A stretch of DNA of 51,918 nucleotides from an uncultured Thermoplasmata archaeon (GCA_964475625.1 CAYYXK010000004.1:1-51918), one strand, 5' to 3'. Counted from the stretch's first letter, positions 1 through 8,879 are shown. Notes: a model not told the origin generated them from the sequence alone. Made by a program: numbers and translations.

Positions 1-84
1 GCCGAGGGGGAGATTCGAACTCCCGCGGGGTCGCCCCCAGATGGTCTCGAGCCATCCGCCTTAGCCGGACTGGGCCACCTCGGC
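1..84 (-). tRNA. tRNA-Ser(CGA); discriminator/CCA lie outside the window
   Basis: Reverse complement folds as a cloverleaf: acceptor GCCGAGG/CCTCGGC, anticodon arm GATGG-CTCGAGA-CCATC (anticodon CGA), long variable arm, T-arm GGGAG-TTCGAAT-CTCCC. No intron. Confidence 0.95.
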
Positions 85-99
85 ATCGTGCTATTGCGA

Positions 100-113
100 A
101 TATTAAGGGTTTT
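100..113 (-). promoter_or_regulatory. Putative BRE/TATA promoter of tRNA-Ser
   Basis: Minus strand reads AAAACCCTTAATAT about 20-25 nt upstream of the mature tRNA 5' end. Confidence 0.55.
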
Positions 114-130
114 GGAATATACGAGCGAGC

Positions 131-233
131 AGGTGAGCCCGAGTTTCTTTCTCATCCGGTGTCTTTCTTTGGAGGGCGGAGCCAGCGCAGCGAGTTGTAA
201 AGAAAGAGCCCGGACCTTGGGCCACCTCGGCAT
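131..233. repeat. Imperfect long inverted repeat ending in a duplicate of the tRNA-Ser 5' end
   Basis: 218-233 is identical to 71-86 (TGGGCCACCTCGGCAT). AGGTGAGCCC (131-140) pairs with GGGCCACCT (219-227). TCCGGTGTCTTTCTTT (155-170) pairs with AAAGAAAGAGCCCGGA (199-214). Confidence 0.7.
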
Positions 234-295
234 TTTGCTCTCTATCTCAGCATTCGGGAAGGCACATTCTTAAAAAACCTTGTGCATGCCGGCTC

Positions 296-499
296 ATGAA
301 GATACACCTCATCGTCAACGGAGAGGATTGGGGAACCGTGGAGATTCCCGACGGAAGCACCGGAAATTCCCTTGCAAAAGAGATTGCCGCACCCATACCT
401 GTCACACTTATGAAGGTCAATGGCCGTTTCACTCCCCTCCCCTCCGAACTCAACGAAGGGGACGAGGTGGAACTTTTCATCACTTCTTCAAGCGGATAG
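296..499 (+). CDS. MoaD/ThiS-family ubiquitin-like (SAMP-like) small protein
   Basis: 67 aa beta-grasp pattern (VNG...ELNEGDEVELF); ends SSSG instead of GG. Confidence 0.75.
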   Translation: MKIHLIVNGEDWGTVEIPDGSTGNSLAKEIAAPIPVTLMKVNGRFTPLPSELNEGDEVELFITSSSG

Positions 500-1280
500 T
501 TCTCTTGGAAAGCTTTATCAGGTCCAAAAGGTCATCGTAAAGCTCCGGGATTATCTCGAAGGTTATGAACAGAAGGATTATGAGCGCTATGAGGCTGCCT
601 GTCTTAGCTATCGTGTTGTGGGCCGTCTCAAAGTCGGTGATATTGTAATAAGTCAGGTAGATGACCCCCGCATTGCGGAATATGTTCAGAAAATATATGA
701 CGCTCGCATTCATGATGAGGGCTTTGATCTTCTGCCTTGTTTTTCCGTGATTTGCCAGAACGACCCCCGCGCCGATCAATATGCTCTGTATCGCTGTGCA
801 GGCCAGCACTATTCTTATCTTCGCATCCGGGACAAGTGAGCCGAGTTCACCGTCGGAATACTGGGGCGGGAGCGCAAAGAAAGATTCCCCGCTCATGCGG
901 TTGAACAGCCAGACGCTCTGCTTTGCGACCTCATAGATAAGTGCTCCCGACAATTCGGGGATTCCTTCGATAAGAAAATAGGGAAATCCGGCTATAAAGG
1001 AGGCTCCCGCTATGAACTCAAGGCCTCTGTGGTCTTCATTTCTTCCGAATGATATCTCCTCCTGAAATGCGAGGTAAAGGAAAAAAGGGAGCGCTGCAAA
1101 GCAGAAGAATGTATTGACATAATCATCTATTGCAAGAAAATGCGGTGCCCGAGTCGGCCAATAGGCCGCAATAAGTATCCACCCTACCGCCCTGAATCTG
1201 TGTTTTGCCCTCCCCCTGTAAAAGAAGCCTGTTCCGAGGAGAATGAGCCCTAGGATTATTAGTATGTCAATCGCTTCCAT
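480..1280 (-). CDS. artA: Archaeosortase A (exosortase/archaeosortase family)
   Basis: Multi-pass membrane protein with Cys (IVLACTAIQS), Arg (NIFRNAGVIY) and His (AHNTIAK) at the family's catalytic positions. Start taken at MEAID (1280). Confidence 0.8.
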   Translation of the reverse strand: MEAIDILIILGLILLGTGFFYRGRAKHRFRAVGWILIAAYWPTRAPHFLAIDDYVNTFFCFAALPFFLYLAFQEEISFGRNEDHRGLEFIAGASFIAGFPYFLIEGIPELSGALIYEVAKQSVWLFNRMSGESFFALPPQYSDGELGSLVPDAKIRIVLACTAIQSILIGAGVVLANHGKTRQKIKALIMNASVIYFLNIFRNAGVIYLTYYNITDFETAHNTIAKTGSLIALIILLFITFEIIPELYDDLLDLIKLSKRTIRLKK

Positions 1281-1872
1281 TCGACCGCCTGTCCACTTCA
1301 TAGTTCATAACGGTTACGGCCTGCCAGGTGTGCATGTGGGTCGGCCCGAGGCTCATTTTTCGCGCTCCGATGGACATGAGCATGCTCTCCTCCGCAGGCG
1401 TGAGGTCCTCGCTGTCGCCCAGAACGAAGGTCGTATTTTCTGATATCTCGCTTTCGCGCACATCCTCGCCTTCCTCTTTCAGATAGATCATCTCCGAATC
1501 CTCTGCCGTGAGCCGGAGCACATCTTTCAGGTCCGTGTCCGAGACATACATTCCCGGCGTGGCCTTCAACTCTCCTTTTCCATGGTACCTGATGAGTGCG
1601 TTCCTTATCATTGAGGCCATGTTCCTCTCGTCCGGAAACAGGTATCTCGCCTCGGAGCCTATGATTCTTATGGTTCTCGGACTCCCCCCCTTTCCTCCGT
1701 TGAAGACGAGCCACACCTCCACATCCTCTCTGAGGCCGTGTGATAGGAAAAGAGCAGCGGACGCGCTCATCGCCAGTATGTCCATCCTCCCGCCGCTCCC
1801 CGGCAGATCGTCAAGTTTGAAGTGGCCGGTGCTGTCAGCCCTGTGGCCGACTATCAGGAAGCGCCTCATCAT
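1267..1872 (-). CDS. trmY: tRNA (pseudouridine54-N1)-methyltransferase
   Basis: DLPGSGGRMD, FLSHGLREDV, PDERN and FVLGD...SLGP SPOUT motifs typical of TrmY. Confidence 0.92.
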   Translation of the reverse strand: MMRRFLIVGHRADSTGHFKLDDLPGSGGRMDILAMSASAALFLSHGLREDVEVWLVFNGGKGGSPRTIRIIGSEARYLFPDERNMASMIRNALIRYHGKGELKATPGMYVSDTDLKDVLRLTAEDSEMIYLKEEGEDVRESEISENTTFVLGDSEDLTPAEESMLMSIGARKMSLGPTHMHTWQAVTVMNYEVDRRSNGSD

Positions 1873-1873
1873 A

Positions 1874-2947
1874 TCACGATATTATCTCTTCGAGCCTGTC
1901 TTGCTCGGCGGCCATCCTTATCTCCTTTGCGATCCTCTGGCCGGTTGAAAGCCCCGGCTCTATCAAGTCTGCATAGGGTGAGCCAGAGATGAAGGGATTG
2001 GTTCCGGCCACAATCCTCGAGGATATCTCGAAGACATTGAACTCCAGCTTGTCGGTGACTATCGACTCGAGGCAGAATGGCCCTATCATGCCTCCGAATA
2101 GTTTTATTGAGCTTTCAACTACCTTTTCCGCTATGTCGAAGGCCTTCGGCAGTAGGGATTCCCGAAGTACTACCGGGACATTCCCGGTGACCACGAACGA
2201 CGGGAATATGCCCATCTTCTTCAGCTCTTCCTGAGCTCCCAGCTTGTATATCTCGTCTATGTTCGACTCGTCCCTGCGGTCTATGCTGAGCATCTCTATC
2301 GTTCCTTTGGAAACTCCATATCCCTCCTGTTTTATCGGCGAATAGAAGAAGTGCAGGTAGTAGCGCGTTCCGAGGATGTATTCCTGTATCGAGTACTTCT
2401 TGTTCCAGTCTATCCCCATCTTGAACTCCGCATAGTTCTTCGCTATGAAGAAACCCCTGCCCCCCTTTGCTCCGTGATATTTTACGAGCACCGGGCTATC
2501 TATGCTGCGCGGGTCGTCTATCTTTCTCGGCATCTTTATCCCGGCGTGAGCTTCCAGCCATTCCCTCTCCTTTTCACGGTCGGATTCCCATTCGAGCACA
2601 TTGCGGTTCCCGAAGGTAGGGAGCGGAAGCTCCTTGAACCTGTCCGCACCCAGATACTCCACGAATGAGCCGTGGGGGACGATTATCGCATTCTCCTCAA
2701 TGAGCCTGTCCGTGAGGTCGAATATCTCGTCATAGGACTCTACGATTATGAACTCGTCCGGCCTTCCCAGAGGAAATGCGTCGTAGAATTTCGCCCTCTC
2801 CTTTATCGCTATACCGATGGTCTTGAAACCCTCTTTTCGCGCCCCGTTGAATATCTGAAGACTGCTGTGAGAACAGACGGTGGCTATGCTCAGTTTATTT
2901 TTGTCGTAGCCATCGAGTATTTTTTTGATGTTTTCCTTTGAGACCAT
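1874..2947 (-). CDS. purP: FAICAR synthetase (ATP-grasp, PurP)
   Basis: IATVCSHSSLQI, VPHGSFVEY, GAKGGRGFF, GPFCLE, EISSRIVAGTN. Start moved to MVSKEN (2947) because the upstream extension overlaps the divergent gene. Confidence 0.92.
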   Translation of the reverse strand: MVSKENIKKILDGYDKNKLSIATVCSHSSLQIFNGARKEGFKTIGIAIKERAKFYDAFPLGRPDEFIIVESYDEIFDLTDRLIEENAIIVPHGSFVEYLGADRFKELPLPTFGNRNVLEWESDREKEREWLEAHAGIKMPRKIDDPRSIDSPVLVKYHGAKGGRGFFIAKNYAEFKMGIDWNKKYSIQEYILGTRYYLHFFYSPIKQEGYGVSKGTIEMLSIDRRDESNIDEIYKLGAQEELKKMGIFPSFVVTGNVPVVLRESLLPKAFDIAEKVVESSIKLFGGMIGPFCLESIVTDKLEFNVFEISSRIVAGTNPFISGSPYADLIEPGLSTGQRIAKEIRMAAEQDRLEEIIS

Positions 2948-3034
2948 ATAACCGCATACAGAGGAAGCATTAAAACTTTTCGAACATCGTTTTTCGCCGC
3001 AAAGTATTTTTCCACTGACGGATTGCGAGAACCC

Positions 3035-3895
3035 ATGAAGATAGTTGTGGCAAGCGGTAAGGGCGGAACCGGAAAGACGACGGTGGCCACCAATCTGGCA
3101 CTCGTTGCAGGCAACGCCATGCTTATGGACCTTGATGTGGAGGAGCCGAACGATGCCCTGTTCATGAACCCGGCATACACCGGAGAGAAGGAGGTCAATA
3201 TGCTGGTTCCAATAGTGGACCAGGACAAATGCACCAACTGCGGCATATGTGCTCAGGTCTGCGAGTTCAACGCGATAGCCGTTCTCGGAAAGAAGACCAT
3301 GACATTCCATGAACTCTGTCACGGCTGCGGGCTGTGTGCATACGCATGCCCGGAGAAGGCCATAAGCGAGGTACCACACCCTCTCGGAATGATAAAGTTC
3401 GGTAAAGCGAAGGGAATGAACTTCGTCGAAGGAGTTCTTAATCTCGGAGAGCCAATGGCAACTCCTCTTATCCGCGAAACAAAAAAGGAAGCGAAAGGAG
3501 ACCTAGTGATAATGGACGCTCCTCCGGGAACATCCTGTCCGGTAATAGAGGCGATACACGGCTCCGACTTCTGCATACTGGTTACGGAACCGACACCATT
3601 CGGACTCTGGGACCTCAAACTGGCCGTCGGAGTCGCCAGAGACCTGAAGGTCCCTCTCGGAGTGATAATCAATAGGGACGGCATCGGAGATGACGGCGTG
3701 GAGCGCTACTGCGAGGAAGAGAATATCGAGGTACTTGCCAAAATCCCAATGGACAGGAGGATTGCCGAGGCTTATTCAAGGGGAGTTCCGATGGTCGAAG
3801 CTCTGCCTGCGATGAGAGAGCTCTTCAAGGCTGTGCTCGAAAGGGTGAAGCATCTTTCCATATCGAAAAAGGACGGCGAGAAAGCGGAAGCCTAG
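3035..3895 (+). CDS. MinD-superfamily P-loop ATPase with inserted 2[4Fe-4S] ferredoxin domain (COG1149-like)
   Basis: ASGKGGTGKTT, DLDVEEPN, CTNCGICAQVC, CHGCGLCAYACP, DAPPGTSCP, VTEPTPFG. Confidence 0.9.
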   Translation: MKIVVASGKGGTGKTTVATNLALVAGNAMLMDLDVEEPNDALFMNPAYTGEKEVNMLVPIVDQDKCTNCGICAQVCEFNAIAVLGKKTMTFHELCHGCGLCAYACPEKAISEVPHPLGMIKFGKAKGMNFVEGVLNLGEPMATPLIRETKKEAKGDLVIMDAPPGTSCPVIEAIHGSDFCILVTEPTPFGLWDLKLAVGVARDLKVPLGVIINRDGIGDDGVERYCEEENIEVLAKIPMDRRIAEAYSRGVPMVEALPAMRELFKAVLERVKHLSISKKDGEKAEA

Positions 3896-4794
3896 CCTTC
3901 CATGCGCTCTTTCACCATCTTACCGGCATGCTCCACTATGTCTCTGAACCACCCCTCATATGTGCCAGCGCAGTGCGGGCTCAGGATTATGTTATCAAGC
4001 TCCTCAAAGGGATAGTCCTGTTTGAACTCCTTTCCGTAGTGCCACCAGACATCTACGGTCGCCGTGAAATCCGGGTTTTCCCTCAGATGCGCATAGAGGT
4101 CTTTCTCGACGATTATCTTTCCGCGGGATATGTTCACCAGCACCGCATCCTTTTTCATCAGTTCCAGCGTTTTTCTGTCGATCAGGCCCTTTGTTTCAGG
4201 CGTCAGGGGAAGCGTTATGAATACGGCATCGGAATCTTTCAGCATAGCGTCAAGGCTGTCGAGGGTTCCCACTTTTTCAACGGGAATATCTCCGTCATAC
4301 TTTCCTCTACTGTTTATCGCACTAACCACCGCCCCGAGAGATGAGAGCATCTTTCCGAGTTCCTGCCCGATATGCCCGAAGCCGAGTATGAGCACCTTCC
4401 TTCCCTTTATCAGTCTGCTTTCAAGCAACTGCGGGAACTTTCCGTTTCTCATCTTTCGGTCCCTGTACGGAATCCTTTTCAGTGCCGAAAGGTAGAGAGC
4501 AAGCCCGTGCTCTGCCACCGCTCTGGCATTGGCCCCTGCATTGGATTGAACCTTCACGCCTTCAGGCACCATTGAAAAATCTATGTGGTCCGTCCCTGCG
4601 GTGAGCGTCTGAATGAGCATCAGGTTCTTCACCCTCGGAATCAGGTCTTCCACATCCTGCCAGTGGAAGACAATGAGAACCTCTGCGCTCTCCACGAACT
4701 CGGAATCAGCATCCTCAATGCACCTTATCTCGGCATCAGGCAGGGTTTTGCGGAGAGCATCCAGCTCGTTGCAGAACGATGTGAGGACCTTCAC
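3892..4794 (-). CDS. D-isomer-specific 2-hydroxyacid dehydrogenase
   Basis: AGTDH, AVAEH, GFGHIG, LPLTPET, LVNISRG, DVW, SPHCAG. Confidence 0.9.
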   Translation of the reverse strand: MKVLTSFCNELDALRKTLPDAEIRCIEDADSEFVESAEVLIVFHWQDVEDLIPRVKNLMLIQTLTAGTDHIDFSMVPEGVKVQSNAGANARAVAEHGLALYLSALKRIPYRDRKMRNGKFPQLLESRLIKGRKVLILGFGHIGQELGKMLSSLGAVVSAINSRGKYDGDIPVEKVGTLDSLDAMLKDSDAVFITLPLTPETKGLIDRKTLELMKKDAVLVNISRGKIIVEKDLYAHLRENPDFTATVDVWWHYGKEFKQDYPFEELDNIILSPHCAGTYEGWFRDIVEHAGKMVKERMEG

Positions 4795-4823
4795 GGAAGG
4801 GAAACGGGGTGGGGATAAATAGA

Positions 4824-5552
4824 TTATTGGCCGTGTTCTTCAATAAGTCTAACTATCTCTTTTTCAATTCTTCTTTCCTCTTCCACTCTATCTTCCATTA
4901 TTTTTGATATGAAAACGATGGATTTTTTGATATCTGGATAAACATAGATTTTCATGCCGTCGCTGAGTTCCAGCTTCCACGGCTCCTCTTCCCATTTGTT
5001 TCCTTCAACCTCTTTATAATCTATTTTCAGTAACTTCATCGCTTTTTTTACTATTCCTTTGGTGCTGTCAAGGTCAATATTTACTTTGATTTCTCTACCA
5101 TACCTGTGTTCCATAATCGCCTTACTGTTGTTATGTTTTAAAACAAAATAAATAATAAATACTACTATTCCATAGAAGGCATATATTAATGCAATCCCGG
5201 AAAGTGAGATTTCGTGTCCCAGAACGAAATGGGCCGTTGCGAAAATTTCATTCATACTAATGAATATTCCAATAAAGGAGTAGAGTATAAACCGAGTATA
5301 GATGTGCATTATCTCCTCCGTAGAAATCCAGACCTCTGGGTTTTTTTCATAGATGCTCGTCAAGAGAATGAACAATATGGCTACTGCAGCAATCCCGAAG
5401 AACAGAATGTGTGCAGGAAGTTTCAAGAATTCATAGGAAGGATCAACGGACATAGCATATATGGGAGAAACAACAATAAATATAATAAAAAATAAAAATA
5501 TCACAACATCAAACATTTTCTTCTTTTTTTCAAGAACCTCGTTCACGTCCAT
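4824..5552 (-). CDS. Hypothetical 4-TM membrane protein, paralog 1
   Basis: Four hydrophobic segments plus a soluble C-terminal domain similar to 5613-6335 and 8089-8805; AT-rich. Confidence 0.8.
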   Translation of the reverse strand: MDVNEVLEKKKKMFDVVIFLFFIIFIVVSPIYAMSVDPSYEFLKLPAHILFFGIAAVAILFILLTSIYEKNPEVWISTEEIMHIYTRFILYSFIGIFISMNEIFATAHFVLGHEISLSGIALIYAFYGIVVFIIYFVLKHNNSKAIMEHRYGREIKVNIDLDSTKGIVKKAMKLLKIDYKEVEGNKWEEEPWKLELSDGMKIYVYPDIKKSIVFISKIMEDRVEEERRIEKEIVRLIEEHGQ

Positions 5553-5612
5553 GTTTTTAGTATGAAAAAATACTATTTATCCTTTTCCATCGAGGATTAA
5601 AGAGCCACCTCA

Positions 5613-6335
5613 TTATCCAATCAGCTGTTTTAAAATCTCTTTTTCAATCTTCCTCTCCTCTTTTTCTGTGCTTTCTGTGATTTTATAGATGTGAATCCTC
5701 GAAACCTTTTTATTGGAGTTTATGGAGATACCCATGCCATTTTTCAGTTCAAACTTCCATGCCGGAACTCCTAACTTCGTTTCATCTTTTTCATTGTATT
5801 CTATTTTCAGGGAATCAAGAGCTTCCTTCACTATGCTTTTTGTATTTTCCATACCCGCATCAATGTTGTTGACTCTGCTGTTGCCATATCTCGTATATGC
5901 AATTTTTCTTGCATATGAAGTCAGAGGAAACAGACTTATAATCATAATTATAAGTATGATATAGTTTATACGCATAATTTCTGATGAAAATATATTATAT
6001 CCAAGAAAAGCATACATTAAAAGTGGAAATTCGATAAACGCCGCCATAGAGATAAGCACCATATTTTTCATAAGTTTCTGTGCCATATCCATCAACTTTT
6101 CTGTACTTAACCAAACATCTCTGTTCTTTTCTTGTCTCTCATTCCACACAAAATATATCATCATGATTGCCATGAGGGAAAATATGAAGACAAACGAGGG
6201 AGACATCAGGAACTCATATCCGGGTTTTGCTGAAAGAACAAGGGGCATTGGCGAAATTATCAGGAAGAGGAATACGAAAACAGCAGTAATGTCCGCCTTT
6301 TTCTCTTCTCTTTTAAGATACTCCTTCTCATCCAT
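5613..6335 (-). CDS. Hypothetical 4-TM membrane protein, paralog 2
   Basis: Same layout; C-terminal VKEALDSLKIEY...W...IYKI...ERKIEKEI. Confidence 0.8.
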   Translation of the reverse strand: MDEKEYLKREEKKADITAVFVFLFLIISPMPLVLSAKPGYEFLMSPSFVFIFSLMAIMMIYFVWNERQEKNRDVWLSTEKLMDMAQKLMKNMVLISMAAFIEFPLLMYAFLGYNIFSSEIMRINYIILIIMIISLFPLTSYARKIAYTRYGNSRVNNIDAGMENTKSIVKEALDSLKIEYNEKDETKLGVPAWKFELKNGMGISINSNKKVSRIHIYKITESTEKEERKIEKEILKQLIG

Positions 6336-6385
6336 AAAACCACAATGAATAAAACATATTTATCTCTTTCCACCCCAGAGCTTAT
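6316..6385. repeat. 70-bp direct repeat, copy 1 (5' end and upstream region of paralog 2)
   Basis: Matches 8786-8855 with 4 mismatches by manual alignment; offset 2470 bp. Confidence 0.9.
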
Positions 6386-6403
6386 CTTTACTGCCGGAGC
6401 GCA

Positions 6404-7186
6404 TCACGGGCCCATGTTCATCTCATTCAGGAATGTCAGCACATCCTTGAAAACATCCTCGAAATCCGGCAGTTCCTTTATCTGATGTGTGAGAGACGCT
6501 TCCCATGCGTTTTTGAAGTATTCCTTCTTCGACATCAGAGCGCTCGGATTTCCCTCGATTCCTTTGTTTGAGAACTTGGCAGGCAGTATCTCCTCGACAG
6601 ATGCCATACGCACCCTTTCTTTCAACATACGGACATCATAAAGGTCTCTCGGCCGGGTTCTTTCGAAGAGAGAGCGCACCTTTTCAGAGAATATCTCCTC
6701 AAGCGAATAGGCAAGGATGGCTCCATTCAGCCCGTCGGAATAAGGGTGCATTATCTTTTTCTCGGTCAGAGGAAGAAGGATCTCTTCACCGGCCGGCGCG
6801 GTGATGTCAAGTTTTATCTTCATGGGAGAGCCGCCCCTCCAGAGCATTTTGAAATACACTGAAACCTCGAAACCGTTGTAGTTGGAATCCACCTTAACTT
6901 CTTCCAAGAACGATATGCCGCTCTCATTCCTCGCCCTCACGACCGAATCCGAAACCATGTAGAGAATCCCATTGCGGTCCGTATCTCTCATGAGTGTGAA
7001 ATCCAGATCATCCGAGAACCTGTAATTTTCGATATAGAGCTTCTTTATGCACGTGCCCCCTTTGAATGCCATCTCCATGCCGGAGAGCGCCCACAGCAGC
7101 CAGTTCTGTGCGTAATCCCGCTCTATCGTGGACTCCGGAACACCATGAAGTCTGGCCTTTTCTCTTATCTCTCGTGCGGGAATCAT
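6404..7186 (-). CDS. abiEii: Type IV TA toxin, AbiEii-family nucleotidyltransferase
   Basis: IERDY, FKGGT, RFSDDLDF, IKLDI, YSLEEIFSEK, RPRDLYD. ATG at 7186 overlaps the antitoxin stop (ATGA). Confidence 0.9.
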   Translation of the reverse strand: MIPAREIREKARLHGVPESTIERDYAQNWLLWALSGMEMAFKGGTCIKKLYIENYRFSDDLDFTLMRDTDRNGILYMVSDSVVRARNESGISFLEEVKVDSNYNGFEVSVYFKMLWRGGSPMKIKLDITAPAGEEILLPLTEKKIMHPYSDGLNGAILAYSLEEIFSEKVRSLFERTRPRDLYDVRMLKERVRMASVEEILPAKFSNKGIEGNPSALMSKKEYFKNAWEASLTHQIKELPDFEDVFKDVLTFLNEMNMGP

Positions 7187-7944
7187 TCCAAACCCCTCAG
7201 TTCGCTCTCTTCTATGTTCAGGATAAGCCGCCATTTAGCTGATTTCTTCCCTTTTTTCGGCATTGTCGTGTCCAGCACAAGGTAGTTTTTGGTGTTGATA
7301 CGGGGCAGTTCCACATCCACTCCGAAAAGTTCACATAGATAACCGAGTCTCCTGACAACTCCGCTGTTGTCCATCTTCACCGCATATTCCGCCAGTTTTT
7401 CAGCATTAAAACTCCCTTTTTTCAGTGCTTTGGCCACTTCAACTATGCCCCCGCAATACCGGGGTTTATCGAGACAGTCCACCATTGTCTTCTCCCTGTC
7501 CGTGATAAGAACCTCGCTGTCGTCAGACCACATCTTCCCGATTCCGAAGAACTTGTCCTCCTTTATTCTGACGATCCGGTATCGGACCCCGAAAACTTCG
7601 ACATCCCGTTTTTTCTTTCTCCCTGTTGTCTGGATGAAGACCGTGGAGGGAATCTGCTCCGTAAGGCCGTGGTGGTGGAGAGCGCTCCAGTACGCTATTG
7701 CATATGGCTTCACGAGGACGGAAGCAATGACGAACTCGTTAAGGGTGTATCTACCTTTCTCGGCCTCAAGTGGTATTATCATGTATTTTCCCTTCTCTAT
7801 TCTCTCTATCCATCCTCTTTTCTCCATCCTGTAAAGAAGCTTTTTGAGGCTGTCTCCCTTTATTCCCGAGGCGTCGGATGCTTCTTCAACCGTGAATACC
7901 CTACCTTTCTCGGCCAGTTTCCTGAGCACATCTATGTTTCTCAT
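7183..7944 (-). CDS. abiEi: Type IV TA antitoxin, AbiEi-family transcriptional regulator
   Basis: N-terminal wHTH (GWIERIEKGKY), AYWSALHHHGLTEQIP, TDREKTMVDCLD, RRLGYL; directly upstream of the AbiEii gene. Confidence 0.9.
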   Translation of the reverse strand: MRNIDVLRKLAEKGRVFTVEEASDASGIKGDSLKKLLYRMEKRGWIERIEKGKYMIIPLEAEKGRYTLNEFVIASVLVKPYAIAYWSALHHHGLTEQIPSTVFIQTTGRKKKRDVEVFGVRYRIVRIKEDKFFGIGKMWSDDSEVLITDREKTMVDCLDKPRYCGGIVEVAKALKKGSFNAEKLAEYAVKMDNSGVVRRLGYLCELFGVDVELPRINTKNYLVLDTTMPKKGKKSAKWRLILNIEESELRGLE

Positions 7945-7957
7945 TCTAATACACCAT

Positions 7958-7977
7958 AGTTGACATTCATGTCCACT
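7958..7977. promoter_or_regulatory. Candidate AbiEi autoregulatory operator (imperfect palindrome)
   Basis: AGTTGACAT-TC-ATGTCCACT (8/9 arm match) lies between a minus-strand TTTTAAAT box (~7999-8006) and the abiEi ATG. Confidence 0.45.
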
Positions 7978-8088
7978 TTGGGGAACACAATTGAGATTAT
8001 TTAAAACTTTCCATCGATACTATTCGAACAAAAACATTATTTTTACCCACACCACGGCGTCAGTATGGCAGAGATACCTCTCACCGAC

Positions 8089-8805
8089 TCATCCGGATTG
8101 TATTAGACCGGATATTTCCCTCTCAATTTTTCTTTCCACATCCACCATATGCTCCGGTATTTTCGATATGATAATTATGGTTCTTCCAAGCCCCTCTTTC
8201 TCAACAGATATCTTCATTTCTCCACCTACAAGTATGCGCCACGGAAGCGCTACGGGACCCTTTTTCTCAGGCACCTCATACTCGATGTTCAGGTTATCCA
8301 GAGCCTTTTTCACGATGTCTCGCATCTCATCAATGTTGACCGCAGAGGTCTTCATTATGCGCCAGTTGCCGAAGATGTTTTTCCTCTGCATCGGAGCCAT
8401 GAACACCATGGCAGTATAGGATATGGGAACAAGCACACCGAGCACCGAATACATTCTAAAGGACTGTTCATCCACAATTCCTCTCTGAAGATATAGATAC
8501 GCGATCATCACTCCTTCCAGATATCCGATAAATACGAATGCAATACCCATTCTCATCATTCCAAGTATGAGTCGGTCCATACCATCTCCCGAAATCCAGA
8601 GCATGTCATCTTTTTTCGAGAGATTATCTCTCTTTCTGATGATAATGAGTGCTATCGGGAGTAATAACACCACAATAACAAGGAATATGAAACTAACATC
8701 CGTTGTCATTAGAAGAGGTAAAGCAGTGATGAGCCAGACTCCTGTAACAAGACCGACAATCCTGTTGTGCTTCTCCTTCTTTTCCAGATACTCCTTCTCA
8801 TCCAT
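8089..8805 (-). CDS. Hypothetical 4-TM membrane protein, paralog 3
   Basis: Starts MDEKEYL like paralog 2; C-terminal VKKALDNLNIEY...PW...ISKI...ERKIEREI. Confidence 0.8.
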   Translation of the reverse strand: MDEKEYLEKKEKHNRIVGLVTGVWLITALPLLMTTDVSFIFLVIVVLLLPIALIIIRKRDNLSKKDDMLWISGDGMDRLILGMMRMGIAFVFIGYLEGVMIAYLYLQRGIVDEQSFRMYSVLGVLVPISYTAMVFMAPMQRKNIFGNWRIMKTSAVNIDEMRDIVKKALDNLNIEYEVPEKKGPVALPWRILVGGEMKISVEKEGLGRTIIIISKIPEHMVDVERKIEREISGLIQSG

Positions 8806-8855
8806 AAACCCGCAATGAATAAAACATATTTATCTCTTTCCACCCCAAACCTTAT
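8786..8855. repeat. 70-bp direct repeat, copy 2 (divergent promoter region of paralog 3 and gcvPA)
   Basis: Near-identical to 6316-6385. Confidence 0.9.
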
Positions 8856-8879
8856 TTTACCCCTGCCATAGCGGATGGT

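Noticed and set aside
131-233. Split-tRNA 5' half or second tRNA gene
   Set aside because: Similarity stops in the D-loop; no anticodon or T arm, no clear bulge-helix-bulge, and an intact tRNA-Ser is adjacent.
2948-3379. 144-aa N-terminal extension of PurP in the ORF track
   Set aside because: Overlaps the divergent ATPase gene and promoter; PurP homology starts at 2947. Similar over-extensions were trimmed for abiEii, the SBP, the dppF-like gene, porA/porB, the surface protein and AK6.
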